A stretch of 32,000 nt of DNA from Paramicrosporidium saccamoebae KSL3 (Eukaryota > Fungi > Cryptomycota). The notes beneath the pieces were generated by a model, which was given only the letters and a program-made list of their open reading frames with translations, was not told the DNA's origin and made no database searches. The position numbers were made by a program, and so were the translations under genes. The stretch lies in NCBI GenBank assembly GCA_002794465.1, contig MTSL01000112.1, positions 28,173 through 60,172 of the forward strand, written 5' to 3'. Numbering within the stretch: the stretch's first letter is position 1; each line of letters begins with the position of its first letter. This document shows, piece by piece, positions 11,792-21,416 of this stretch.

Positions 11792-11925
11792 TTTGCGGTT
11801 GGGTAAGTTCGAGGACCCTGGCCGGGGCTGGAGACCTCTCTTTGGCACCTTGGGATTGAGTCTTGTTTATTAGAATCTGTAAAGTTGTTACTAAGAGTCC
11901 TGTTGAGATGGGTGGGAAAACACAC

Positions 11926-12041
11926 TTTTATTAAAGTATATGGCTTCTTTATAGGGGGCCATTCTTAGTATAACCGGACTGGACTGCGAGACCGCTATCT
12001 GGATCGGACTCACCAATAATAAGTGGATACTATTTATCAGG
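11926..12041 (-). repeat. Dispersed repeat family 1, copy A
   Basis: Shares ttttayyaaagtatrtggcttcttt...gcc and gctatctg..tc.gg.tc.ccaa blocks with 13449-13600, and caataataagtggatact with 28594-28611. Confidence 0.8.
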
Positions 12042-12100
12042 CCCGCCTGGTGGAATCCCTAGGCCTATCTGTATACGGACTCTTGCAGAATCAATACCCA

Positions 12101-13270
12101 TTAAAAGAAATGATAGTCTCCGTAACCAGTAGAGCTCGAGAGGTGCTCATCGCCATTTCGAGAGTCGTTGAGAGTGAGAATAACAGGCTCGAGCGATTCT
12201 ACTGGAAGTTGTGGGGAGTAATCCTCATCCTCACCGAAACCCCAGGTTCGGAAATTATCGACAGGGTGTTCACGTTGGAGTGACGCTCCCGGATATGACA
12301 GAAAGTGATTCCCACTATCATTGACACCCTCATTTTGAAGGGGAGTGAGAGAAAGGGCAACAGGTCCAGATGGTTGTGGGAAATGTGACGGAAGATGACC
12401 ATTATTGTTAAAACCATCATCGCTTCGGAAGGTTCTGGGTTTGGGAGTAACAGGGTTGGATGACGGAAAGTAGAATTCAGCATTGCTTAAACTTTCGTCT
12501 CCTTGGCAGGTATTGTGAAACTGATCTCCTCGGGGTAGGTTTTCTGACTGTGACAGAAGGAACTCTTCCTCCTCACCATCATCGAAATGCCCTTCGCTTG
12601 GGGGAAGAGTATCGTAATTTTGACTAGAAGTGTTGGACTGCGTGGCCATCGAAGGAGCAGATTTGAAAAACTCTTCAAGCCGCCCTTTAAGATGGAGCAA
12701 TTTCTCGAAATCTGCGCTAGTAAGAGTTTGGACCTTTCGAACTTGCAACGGAGCAGTCTCGTACACGCGAGTGATCAGTATAGAGAGACCTCTGCAATAA
12801 TCACTGCTGGGAATGGAGAGCACCGCTTTTAGCAGTTCGGCTGGACTGCCCCCAGAAACTGCATCAAGAGTCATATTGATGGCGCTAATGCAAAGTTGGG
12901 TGTTGTCCGAGGGGCCAAGTTGATGGCTAAGCATGACAATTAGATCACGCTCTACCACCCTATTGAGTTGCTTATAAGGTCCATTCCTGGCCCTCAGGTA
13001 TTGCCGGTCTCTCAAGACCCAGATTGAGCTACGACCAGACGAGTCTACTTTAAATTCGCCGTTAGTGCCACAAGTAACAACGGCTGTATCACTCGGTAAA
13101 CTACCTGGAGTGAAAGACAGCTTGGTTCCCCTTTGACGCGGGCCTAAAGTAGTTGAAAGATTCCAAGAGCCAACTGTAGTGTTGCTAACAGGTAATTCCA
13201 GAGTAAGCAAGCCACATGACGCTATATAAAGCTGCGTTGTTATGAGGACAATAAACCTGGTCGAGTGCAT
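12101..13270 (-). CDS. Orphan protein, predicted secreted, with low-complexity C-terminal half
   Basis: 389-aa uninterrupted ORF. N-terminal hydrophobic stretch FIVLITTQLYIASCG, N-glycosylation sequons NTT/NLS/NMT, and an S/E/N/P-rich tail. No family recognised. Confidence 0.7.
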   Translation of the reverse strand: MHSTRFIVLITTQLYIASCGLLTLELPVSNTTVGSWNLSTTLGPRQRGTKLSFTPGSLPSDTAVVTCGTNGEFKVDSSGRSSIWVLRDRQYLRARNGPYKQLNRVVERDLIVMLSHQLGPSDNTQLCISAINMTLDAVSGGSPAELLKAVLSIPSSDYCRGLSILITRVYETAPLQVRKVQTLTSADFEKLLHLKGRLEEFFKSAPSMATQSNTSSQNYDTLPPSEGHFDDGEEEEFLLSQSENLPRGDQFHNTCQGDESLSNAEFYFPSSNPVTPKPRTFRSDDGFNNNGHLPSHFPQPSGPVALSLTPLQNEGVNDSGNHFLSYPGASLQREHPVDNFRTWGFGEDEDYSPQLPVESLEPVILTLNDSRNGDEHLSSSTGYGDYHFF

Positions 13271-13448
13271 CTCGAAATATCGATACCCCTGGCACTGCGA
13301 TGAGCCCTGCTGGCCCCGTGGTGAACCGATCCGCCATGCTCAAGGGACAATAGCCCAGATATTTATGCGATCCTAGAGTTCAGTCCCTTCCATTCCAGGC
13401 ATATTGAGAGTGGCGACCTATAGAAGTGCCTGTGGATGAGCGAATGAG

Positions 13449-13600
13449 TTTTACCAAAGTATGTGGCTTCTTTGTAAGCAGCCATCTTTACTATTATTGG
13501 AATGGCTATCTGAGTCCGGGTCGCCAACGATACACGAATACTGTTTAACAGCGCCTTTAATAGCGTTCATCCGCCCATCAGCAGGTTTTTATTAGGGGGT
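13449..13600 (-). repeat. Dispersed repeat family 1, copy B
   Basis: Aligns by eye to copy A and, over a longer stretch, to copy C (aagcagcc, gctatctgagtc, cgccttta, catcc blocks). Confidence 0.8.
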
Positions 13601-13642
13601 TGATTCGGATATACATTGACTCATCCTTATCCTGTGGGTTTA

Positions 13643-14095
13643 TTATACAAGAATAACTTCAGTGTTAGTCCTAACAAATGGCAATAACAATTTTCCTACA
13701 AACGTCTTGTCTGCACCGGCCACACCCAATGTCAGTAAACCGGTCGCTAATCCCAGCCACGCCGATAAATGGAATCCCAATATTAACGGAGGGAGGGCCA
13801 TTACAGCAACAAATGCACCCAATACCATTGCGACTTTCCGGGTGGTGGGACGCAGTGGCTGATTGAGCATCACAGCAGTCACTATGAATACTGCTAGCGC
13901 GTAACAAAACATGTAGGGATCACGTCCTTTTGAATGGACCCAAGAACCATTCCCGAGAATTGAGATTGCTATTAGCTACACATCACTAGTACTGTCATAC
14001 AGGGATACCAAGTGAAACAGACAGAGGACAGTGAACAAGAGTGTGCCGGGAATATTCCTGCCATACACGAGATCATCCTGCACAACTGCAACCAT
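13643..14095 (-). CDS. Orphan small multi-pass membrane protein; complement(join(13643..13975,14009..14095)), 139 aa
   Basis: A 33-nt GT-AG intron (13976-14008), typical in size for this genome, joins MVAVVQDDLVYGRNIPGTLLFTVLCLFHL in frame to ORF 13643..13912. About four hydrophobic segments. Confidence 0.6.
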
Positions 14096-14223
14096 ATTCT
14101 CGGTATCCCTGACCTGCAAGTCTTTAAGGACGTGTTATATTAAATATTTGACACATATGGTCTAATAATTTTACTTTCTTGGAGTGATGCAAATCGGGAC
14201 AGACTTTATATACACTGTGGCGT

Positions 14224-14556
14224 TTACTTTGGGGCATATTTAGGCTGAATCTCATATGCGTTCCATGCCGTATCATCGTCCGCATGGCAAGAGGAAGCAC
14301 ATTCACTATCCTCCTTTGGATGGAATATACAACACACTAAAGTACAGTCAGTGAAACAAAGCGCTATACCATTCGACTTTTTCCTCCCAAGATGCTCATT
14401 ATCGACTATCCCAGGTGGCCAGTGTACTCTTGGCACGCGTGTCGTTACCTCGCCACGCAGTCGGAGGACAGCAGGAGCTCCATCTGGCGTTGGTGCGGTG
14501 GGATGCTCCTCTGTCACCAAGGAGGCAACTGTTCCCCGTTCCGCGTCCGTCGTCAT
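14224..14556 (-). CDS. YPI1: Protein phosphatase 1 inhibitor-3 (Ypi1/PPP1R11); complement(join(14224..14336,14370..14556)), 99 aa
   Basis: LRLR...RVHW (RVxW PP1-docking motif), VDNEHLGRKKS. Removing the 33-nt intron 14337-14369 gives KKSNVCCIFHP. Confidence 0.9.
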   Translation of the reverse strand: MTTDAERGTVASLVTEEHPTAPTPDGAPAVLRLRGEVTTRVPRVHWPPGIVDNEHLGRKKSNGIALCFTDCTLVCCIFHPKEDSECASSCHADDDTAWNAYEIQPKYAPK

Positions 14557-14581
14557 CCACCAATCAAAACGCGATTCTGTA

Positions 14582-15205
14582 TTAATAATAGTCTAACTTT
14601 TTCATGACGGGTTTATCCTCTCGGGGGATCTTTCTAATCTTGAGCATCTTCCTAACTACCTTGACAGGATCCGGTCTGTGGCAGCAGACTCGAATAAAAG
14701 CATGACCTCGCCATTGTATCCCATGTTTGCCCCGCGCACGAATCTCCAGCCGCTTTAAATACACTCCCCTCCCAACTGTCGCCGATTTGATGTAATAAAG
14801 CGCTGGATTTGCCCCTTTTTGCTTCAGACTGCCCTTCATGGAGGACAAAAGGTCAGTGACCGTCGTAGCCATTTTTCTTTTGGAAAAGTGCATTTGCAGA
14901 ATTGCCGCATCAAGAGGCAGACCGATGATTTGACGAGACAGACCGGTCATTTTCTGAGTACTGCCGCGGATGAATGGCGACTGCATCCAGAGCTGGGTGG
15001 GAGGGGGTTCGCGGACTTTGCGTTTTGCCTCGTTGATTGCATCCCATGGGCTTTGTAGTGGTTGAGTGGGCTTGGAACCGGTAACCTTTTCTGCTTTTAG
15101 CCTCTCCACCATTGCATCACTACGGGAAAAGCCGTCTCGGACGCGGTTCCAAAGGCCAGCCATCCCCCAACCGCTGGCATGGCGTCTGCTCGCCGTCAGC
15201 ATCAT
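14582..15205 (-). CDS. MRPL22: Mitochondrial ribosomal protein uL22m
   Basis: Presequence-like N-terminus; GSTQKM..L.RQI.GL..D.AI.QM.FS.R and YIKSATVGRG.YLKR...RARG...I motifs of L22. Confidence 0.85.
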   Translation of the reverse strand: MMLTASRRHASGWGMAGLWNRVRDGFSRSDAMVERLKAEKVTGSKPTQPLQSPWDAINEAKRKVREPPPTQLWMQSPFIRGSTQKMTGLSRQIIGLPLDAAILQMHFSKRKMATTVTDLLSSMKGSLKQKGANPALYYIKSATVGRGVYLKRLEIRARGKHGIQWRGHAFIRVCCHRPDPVKVVRKMLKIRKIPREDKPVMKKLDYY

Positions 15206-15229
15206 CGTTTAAATACATTTGTTTTCTTA

Positions 15230-15535
15230 ATGGTCTTGTCCATTGGGAACTTTATATGGACAGCAGTGCTGTTTGTCAATGCTGTTGCCATTCTTAACGA
15301 GGAACGCTTCCTCTCCCGAAGTACCATACTGGCATTGTCTAACTAGCGATAGTTGGGTGGGGAAGGGCGTATGAAGGGTACGAGCAGACTGGCTCTATGA
15401 AGAAACAACTCATCCAGCTAATAGGCGCCGTGAGGACATTGATGCGAAGTGAGCCATACTATAGCATACTGAATTGTAGTCCCGCTGATCATTGTAAATT
15501 TGCTCATAATCATCTACGAGATATTCCTTGGATAA
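15230..15535 (+). CDS. YOS1: Yos1/IER3IP1 ER-Golgi protein; join(15230..15320,15353..15448,15480..15535), 80 aa
   Basis: Absent from the ORF track. Two introns (32 and 31 nt) give MVLSIGNFIWTAVLFVNAVAILNEERFLSRIGW...KKQLIQLIGAVRTLMRIPLIIVNLLIIIYEIFLG. Confidence 0.93.
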
Positions 15536-15618
15536 GTGAATGTGGGAGGCCAGAGCTGGCCAAGCCTTTACAGCTACGAGACAGTTGGTGTATAAACGAG
15601 CACATTTGTATCAGACGG

Positions 15619-16229
15619 TTAGAAGAATTTTATTCCCAATTCCATGCAATTAGACCCCTCCTCAGAGTCAAACAGACGAGCTCTCCCCGACTTTTCGAGC
15701 ACGCCGATGGCGCGCCGCCACATGGCCTCTGGTAATTGATAAAATTCACAGGAGGATGCATCGTCTGCATGAAACAGCTCATACACTGTCACAATAGAAC
15801 CCGTTTGTCCAGTGACTTCAACATGTGCATATATCAAATCTGCCCACTCTGCAGGTTTCCTCCAAAACAGTAAACACCTCGTGGCTTCACTCTTTTTATC
15901 AACTAACCATTCTGCCTGACCAGCAAAAGTCATTTCATCAATAATGGCCTTTAGCGTGTCTTTTGAAAGACGTCCTACAGTATAAGGGCCAAATTAAACT
16001 ATACTGTTAATATTGGCGTTACAGAATGGAGCTGCAGCCAGGACCTCGCTAGAAAGCTCCAACTCAAATATCCGTGCCTCGGCAGCAGAGTCGAGGATGA
16101 GACTGGTCCACAGTTCGCATTGCTTTAGCCAGGTCTGCTGGTGGGTCTGGCGTCTATTAGAGATATGAGGGACGGCAAGTGGGCTAACGTGAAGAAGGGA
16201 GGAAAATTGTATATAGGCGGATACTCCAT
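15619..16229 (-). CDS. VPS25: ESCRT-II subunit Vps25; complement(join(15619..15974,16005..16153,16189..16229)), 181 aa
   Basis: MEYPPIYNFPPFFT N-terminal motif, W..LIL, AEWLVDKK, WRKPAEWADLIY and C-terminal GIKFF. Introns of 35 and 30 nt. Confidence 0.93.
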
Positions 16230-16400
16230 GCTGTCGGGTTGAAAAGATTCAATTTTTCCATATTCACAAGCCACATGGTTTTGTCAATGATCCAGGCTGG
16301 TAGACCGTCTATTCAAGTGCTGGTAGAGTGGGTTACACGTCATGGCTTGCTGATTGACCGAACGACGTGAAAGATTTACATTTGGCGCGTCTAAGAAAAA

Positions 16401-17845
16401 ATGGTAATTTTCATGACTGGCATTGGACACATTTTCCCAAATTCACCTGCCCATCGTCGACGTGTACGGAGAGACGCTAAGCATTACTTATTTGTGCAGG
16501 TTAGAATATGGATGTCATTGTTGGTGACGTTCCCAATGCTGAGTGGCCCAAATTTTCGCACTCGCCTGCCCAAGCTGTGGAGGGCAATCGACAATGAGGT
16601 CATTCCCTCTACCCGGTTCTTCATTGAGTGGTTCATAATCCTGGGACTGCTGAAGCACGGCGATTCAAGCGACTTTATTTCATTCCTGAATCGACTGTTA
16701 GAGTTCAACTCTTCCACAGGAACGGCCATCTCTCTCTTGACAGTCGCCATGCATGTGGGGAGGAAGATTGAGGGGGAGGGGAAAAGGGCCTTTTTTGATG
16801 TTGTATTTCATCGAGTCTTGCCATGGATTATGCACAACAATCACATGGTTCGATTGTTTGCCTTGTATGTCTTTGACAATCTCTGGCTTCGTACCACTAC
16901 AGACCAGTAGCGCGCTTAGTAGTTGTTGACATATTTAGTGAGCTTCAAGACATGACACTTCCAGAAGGATATCTGAATATGGCAGCATTCATTAGCCAAA
17001 GCGAGCACAGTCAGAGATTTTTGCAAAAGCTAAAGAGGGAATACTTTTTGAGCGAATTTGATCCAATCCGTGACTACAATATCCAAACCATCTTTTCGAC
17101 ACTTCCCGAAAAGGCCAATATTGCCCCCAATGAGTGTATTTCCATGTTTTCATTCATGAATGTCAACCCCGAGGTGGGGAATGTACCGTTTGGAGACGAT
17201 CCACTCATTGGCATCTTGTCCGAAACAACACTCAATTCACCCACAGTAGCCGAGACTAGCACAGCGATACTGAAAGACTACCAGCAAAAGATTGACCCGT
17301 GGGATATGGGGCTGATTGAGCAGGATCTGAACGAGATTAAAAAGCGAACAATTGCAGATCAGAGGAGAGAATCATTTGACATTGTTATTGTTGCCAGTCT
17401 GATTGATCGGATCCCCAATTTGGCGGGTCTCTGTAGGACGAGTGAGGTATTTGGAGCAACATCCTTGGTTCTTCCCAACCTGGCCATTCAAGAGGACCCC
17501 AACTTTCGCAATATCAGCATGACCTCAGAACGGTGGCTGGATTTGCAAGAAGTGAAGCCGGGAGACTTGGACGCATACTTGCAAAAGATGCGTTTTGCAG
17601 ATTATCGCATCATTGCTGTGGAACAGTCCAGTCAAAGCCATTCCCTGCTGCATTATGAATTTCCCAAAAAGTGCTGCTTAGTACTCGGAAGCGAGCGTGA
17701 GGGCATCCCAGCTGAAATTCTCCATCTGGTGGACGATTGTGTAGAGATTCCACAATTTGGGATGATTAGATCGCTGAATGTGCACGTTACTGGAAGTATC
17801 ATCCTTTGGGAGGCGCGTCGGCAGCAGGCCCTCCTGCAACAATAA
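16401..17845 (+). CDS. TRM3: tRNA Gm18 2'-O-methyltransferase (Trm3/TARBP1-like), N-terminally short; join(16401..16463,16500..16906,16939..17845), 458 aa
   Basis: SpoU domain: IVVASLIDRIPNLAGLCRTSEVFG, LVLGSEREGIP, CVEIPQFGMIRSLNVHV. Upstream HRRRVRIWMSLL and RFFIEW match the TARBP1 pre-catalytic region. Introns of 36 and 32 nt; the 5' end is uncertain. Confidence 0.82.
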
Positions 17846-17863
17846 ATTTCCCTATTTCCTGAT

Positions 17864-18052
17864 TTCAGATTACGGGTTTGTGTAAGCGAGAGAGGGCTAC
17901 GGGATTGTGTGATTGGTTGCAGACTATGGGATTGTGTAAAAAATTGCAGGTTATGGACTTGCGTGAGAGATTGCAGACTATGAGATTGTGTGGTTGATTG
18001 CAGGTTATGGGCTTGCGTAAGGGAGTGCAGGCTATGAGAGTGTGTAGAATAG
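17864..18052. repeat. 27-bp minisatellite, 7 units, with alternating A/B variants in units 2-5
   Basis: Consensus TGCAGRYTATGRRMTTGYGT plus 7 variable nt. Units start at 17864, 17891, 17918, 17945, 17972, 17999 and 18026. Confidence 0.92.
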
Positions 18053-18076
18053 CGCACCAGGGATTCATTGACTATA

Positions 18077-20321
18077 ATGGAAGGGCGGGCCATCAGTCTC
18101 TTTCCCTATGAACCATATCCCATTCAGCGGGACTTTGTACATTATTTTCTCGAAATTCTCAAGCGCAACAGTGATATTGCAAACATTGGGATCCTAGAGA
18201 GCCCCACTGGCACTGGTAAGACTACAAGTATCCTGTGTAGTGCATTGGCATGGCTCGAGATGGCGCAGGAGGGAGGAGGGGATAACGAGGGGGAGAATAT
18301 ACCGGAGAATGGCACTTCGCAAGAGACGCTATTTGGTGAGCCAGACTGGGTCGCACAAGCACGAAAGAATCAACCCAATCACAAATACTCGGTTGTCAAT
18401 CGTAGAAAGCGGAGGAAGACTGTGTTGAATAACAATCTTGATGATTCGGTCAAGAGATTGCTCGAACTCGTCGACGATTCTGATGAAGAGTCATCGGATG
18501 TTCGTCCTATCCGCCGTGTTTACTATTGTTCCCGGACTCACTCACAGTTGGCGCAGGTCATGTCTGAGCTGAAAAAAATTACAGCAGGAACACTTCCAGT
18601 CAAGGCTGTTACACTGTCGGCGCGGAAATCCAGCTGCATTAATCCAGCAGTAAAGAAATTGTCCAGCACAGAGGCCATTAATGAGAAATGCCAGGAATTG
18701 TTAGAGGATGATTCGTGTCCTTTTTATAACCGCGACAAGGTGATAACGTCGTTTGTCGAGGAATTATCGAGCCACCGTGTCGTCGATATTGAAGACTCGG
18801 TTCGGTTGGGAAAGGAAAGGGAAATGTGCGCTTATTTTGGCAGCAGGTTGTTATCCAAATCAGCCGAAATTGTTACCGTCCCGTACAATATGATCCTGAA
18901 CAAGGCAACACGTGATTCACTGGAGATTGATTTGCATGGGTCCTTGGTCATTTTCGACGAGGCACACAACCTGATTGACACGATTAATGAACAGCAGAGC
19001 TGCGAAATAAGCTCTCTAATGACCAGTCGGGTCTCGTTGGCTCTTGGACACTACGTAGACAAGTTTGAGAGGAGGCTGCTGCCGGCCAATCTGGTGCTTT
19101 GTCATCAGCTGCAACAGATTATTGCCCGGATAGACTCCTTTATAACGAACACGACAGACTCGGTGTTGACAGTCAATGAACTCCTCTCTCAATGCCAGAT
19201 TGACCATATCAACATGCTCAAAATAGTGGACTACGTTGGTGGGTCGAAATTGTCGACTAAACTGACCGGCTACTATCCCAGCTCCGAACACGGCGATCCA
19301 AACATCCTGAACTCGTTTTCGACATTTATTGAGCGTCTAGCCGCTGCGGATGTTGATGGACGATTGATTTTGACGTCCAAGACGTTGAAATACGTATCTC
19401 TAAACCCCTCGTTGGTCATGGAAGATATTTGTAGAGATGCCCACACTGTCATTCTGGCTGGCGGTACCATGAAGCCTGTAACAATGTGACAATTGACTAA
19501 TAGTGTTTTGTAGATTGACGATGTCACCCTGCAATTGTTCCCGACAGCAAAGCCGCACATTTTCTCCTGTGGCCATTTACCCGAGACTAGACACAACGTG
19601 CTTGGATTAGTAGTTGGTATTGGTCCGGGCAATGTGCCACTTAATTTTACCCATTCAAAATGGGAAGATGAAGAATTAATGACCGATTTAAGCCAAACTC
19701 TGCAGAATGTCACTAATATTGTTCCTGACGGGGTGATTTGCTTTTTCCCCTCTTACTCCAGTCTGGATCACTTCTGCGCCCAATGGACCACTCGTCCAAC
19801 CAAGAAACAGGTAGCATTCCCAGCCAATCCTAACTCTGTAGATCTTTATCGAATCACCGGGCGCGACTGATATTGAGAAATTGCTAAGGAATTACCAACA
19901 TGCAATTGCAACCTCTAAAGGTGCGTTGCTACTGGCCGTGATGGGGGGAAGGCTGAGCGAAGGCGTCAATTTTTCTGATCGTCTCGCTCGTGCCGTCATT
20001 GTCGTAGGTCTTCCCTACCCCAACATTTACGATGCCGAGACAATGGAACGTGCACGCCATTACTCTCGCCTGCGTGGCAGTGATGCATCCAGCGAGTTTT
20101 TGGAGAATATATGTATGAGGACGGTCAACCAGACGGTCGGCAGAGCGATCCGCCATGCCCACGATTATGCAGCAATCATCCTCCTGGATGAAAGATATGG
20201 TCGTTCTCGTGCCAAGCTGCCAAATTGGATGCAGCCCTCTCTGCACCCAAAATCTGGCTCATCAGACTTTTCTTTTGCATTCTCCAAATTGGTCCAATTC
20301 TTCCGTGCCAAAAAGCAATAA
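18077..20321 (+). CDS. CHL1: Fe-S DNA helicase Chl1/DDX11; join(18077..19477,19514..19810,19842..20321), 725 aa
   Basis: FPYEPYPIQ, ESPTGTGKT, YCSRTHSQLAQV, four Fe-S cysteines, FDEAHN, LAGGTMKP, GGRLSEGVNFSD, NQTVGRAIRHAHDYA. Introns of 36 and 31 nt. Confidence 0.92.
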
Positions 20322-20350
20322 ACCTCGAAATCAATATTTTTAAATTCAGC

Positions 20351-21415
20351 ATGTTTACAGGGATTTTGCACACTCTTTTTCCCGTCGCTCTGCAGAATCT
20401 GTTTCTTTGTGTCATCGGTGTGCAATTCTTCTACCTCGCTGCCATTAGATTGCATGCGGCAGGGATCGACTTTGCTGCTGCTCTCAGCTACGGCTGGGGC
20501 ACCGACCGACTGCTTCACGATACTCTGCAGGTCCTGAAATGTTCCTGGCTCATCTACTTGGCGGCGCTGCTCGCCCATCCACTCTTTCCGCTGGCTAGTG
20601 TGGTTGCATGGTGCGCCTTTCTGGCGCTTTTACTTGTGCCAAGCGACTACTTTGGAGGTGCGTTGCGGAAGCGGTTCATTAGCTCGTTCCTGAGAACAAC
20701 AAGCCCGTTCAGCTGGTCCTCGCCAACTCCACTCATCGATGTCGTAGTCGGCGACATTTTAACCAGCTACGCCAAGGTCTTTGCAGCCTGGGATGCACTC
20801 ATCTTTTGTTACCTTCTCGGACCATCCGGCCAATGTCTACCGAGCATTCTCTCTGTCCTGCTGGTTTGGTAATTATTCCCTCATGCTCTCATGCACTCTA
20901 TTTTTAGTTATCCGTACTTTTGTCGACTGCGACAATGCGTGTCCGACTATAGAAGCGGCCACCAGCGTGCCATCAGACCGTTGTTAAATGCCCTCAAGTA
21001 TTCCATGAGCTTCCCCGTGGCATACCTCTCCTTTGTGCTACTACATCCGGTGACGGACCCAGCTCTGCGTATCCTATGGCTGCTGTTTGTGTCGGTGAGT
21101 ACAATGTACTCTATAATATGGGATGTCGTGGTGGACTGGGATCTGGGCCATGTGAATTCTAAACACCGAATGCTACTCCGCTCCCAACTAGTGTTCAAAC
21201 ACCCTCACACATATTATATCGCCATCATCATCAATACTCTTTGTCGTCTCGTCTGGTTACTGCGGATTGCATGCACTGCCTCATATTCCAAGGAGCATTG
21301 GCTACTTTGCATGATTGAGGCCTCTTCTGCCGTGTTCATATTCCAGCTCGTCGAAACTGGACGTCGTTTCCTCTGGCTCGTCTTCCGAATGGAGGCGTTC
21401 CATGTGCAACAATAG
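20351..21415 (+). CDS. ERD1: EXS-family membrane protein (Erd1-like, no SPX domain); join(20351..20868,20908..21415), 341 aa
   Basis: DVVVGDILTSYAKVF, YPYFCRLRQC, LNALKYS, WDVVVDWDLG, ETGRRFLWLVFRMEA. One 39-nt intron, 20869-20907. Confidence 0.82.
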
Positions 21416-21416
21416 A

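Noticed and set aside
14025-14039. TTGTTCACTGTCCTC in the membrane orphan resembles an empty site for part of family 2 (CACTG duplication)
   Set aside because: The match is only 15 nt, assembled from two pieces, and lies inside a coding exon. It is compatible with chance.
17864-18052. CRISPR-like reading of the 27-bp array (constant part plus variable part)
   Set aside because: The variable parts are only 7 nt, the repeats are non-palindromic and degenerate, the context is eukaryotic, and there are no cas genes.
17653-18093. 146-aa minus-strand ORF with HSLQSLTQ repeats
   Set aside because: It overlaps both the CHL1 start and the TRM3 C-terminus antisense. It is open because the 27-bp unit lacks stops on that strand, and the substitution pattern favours the plus frame.
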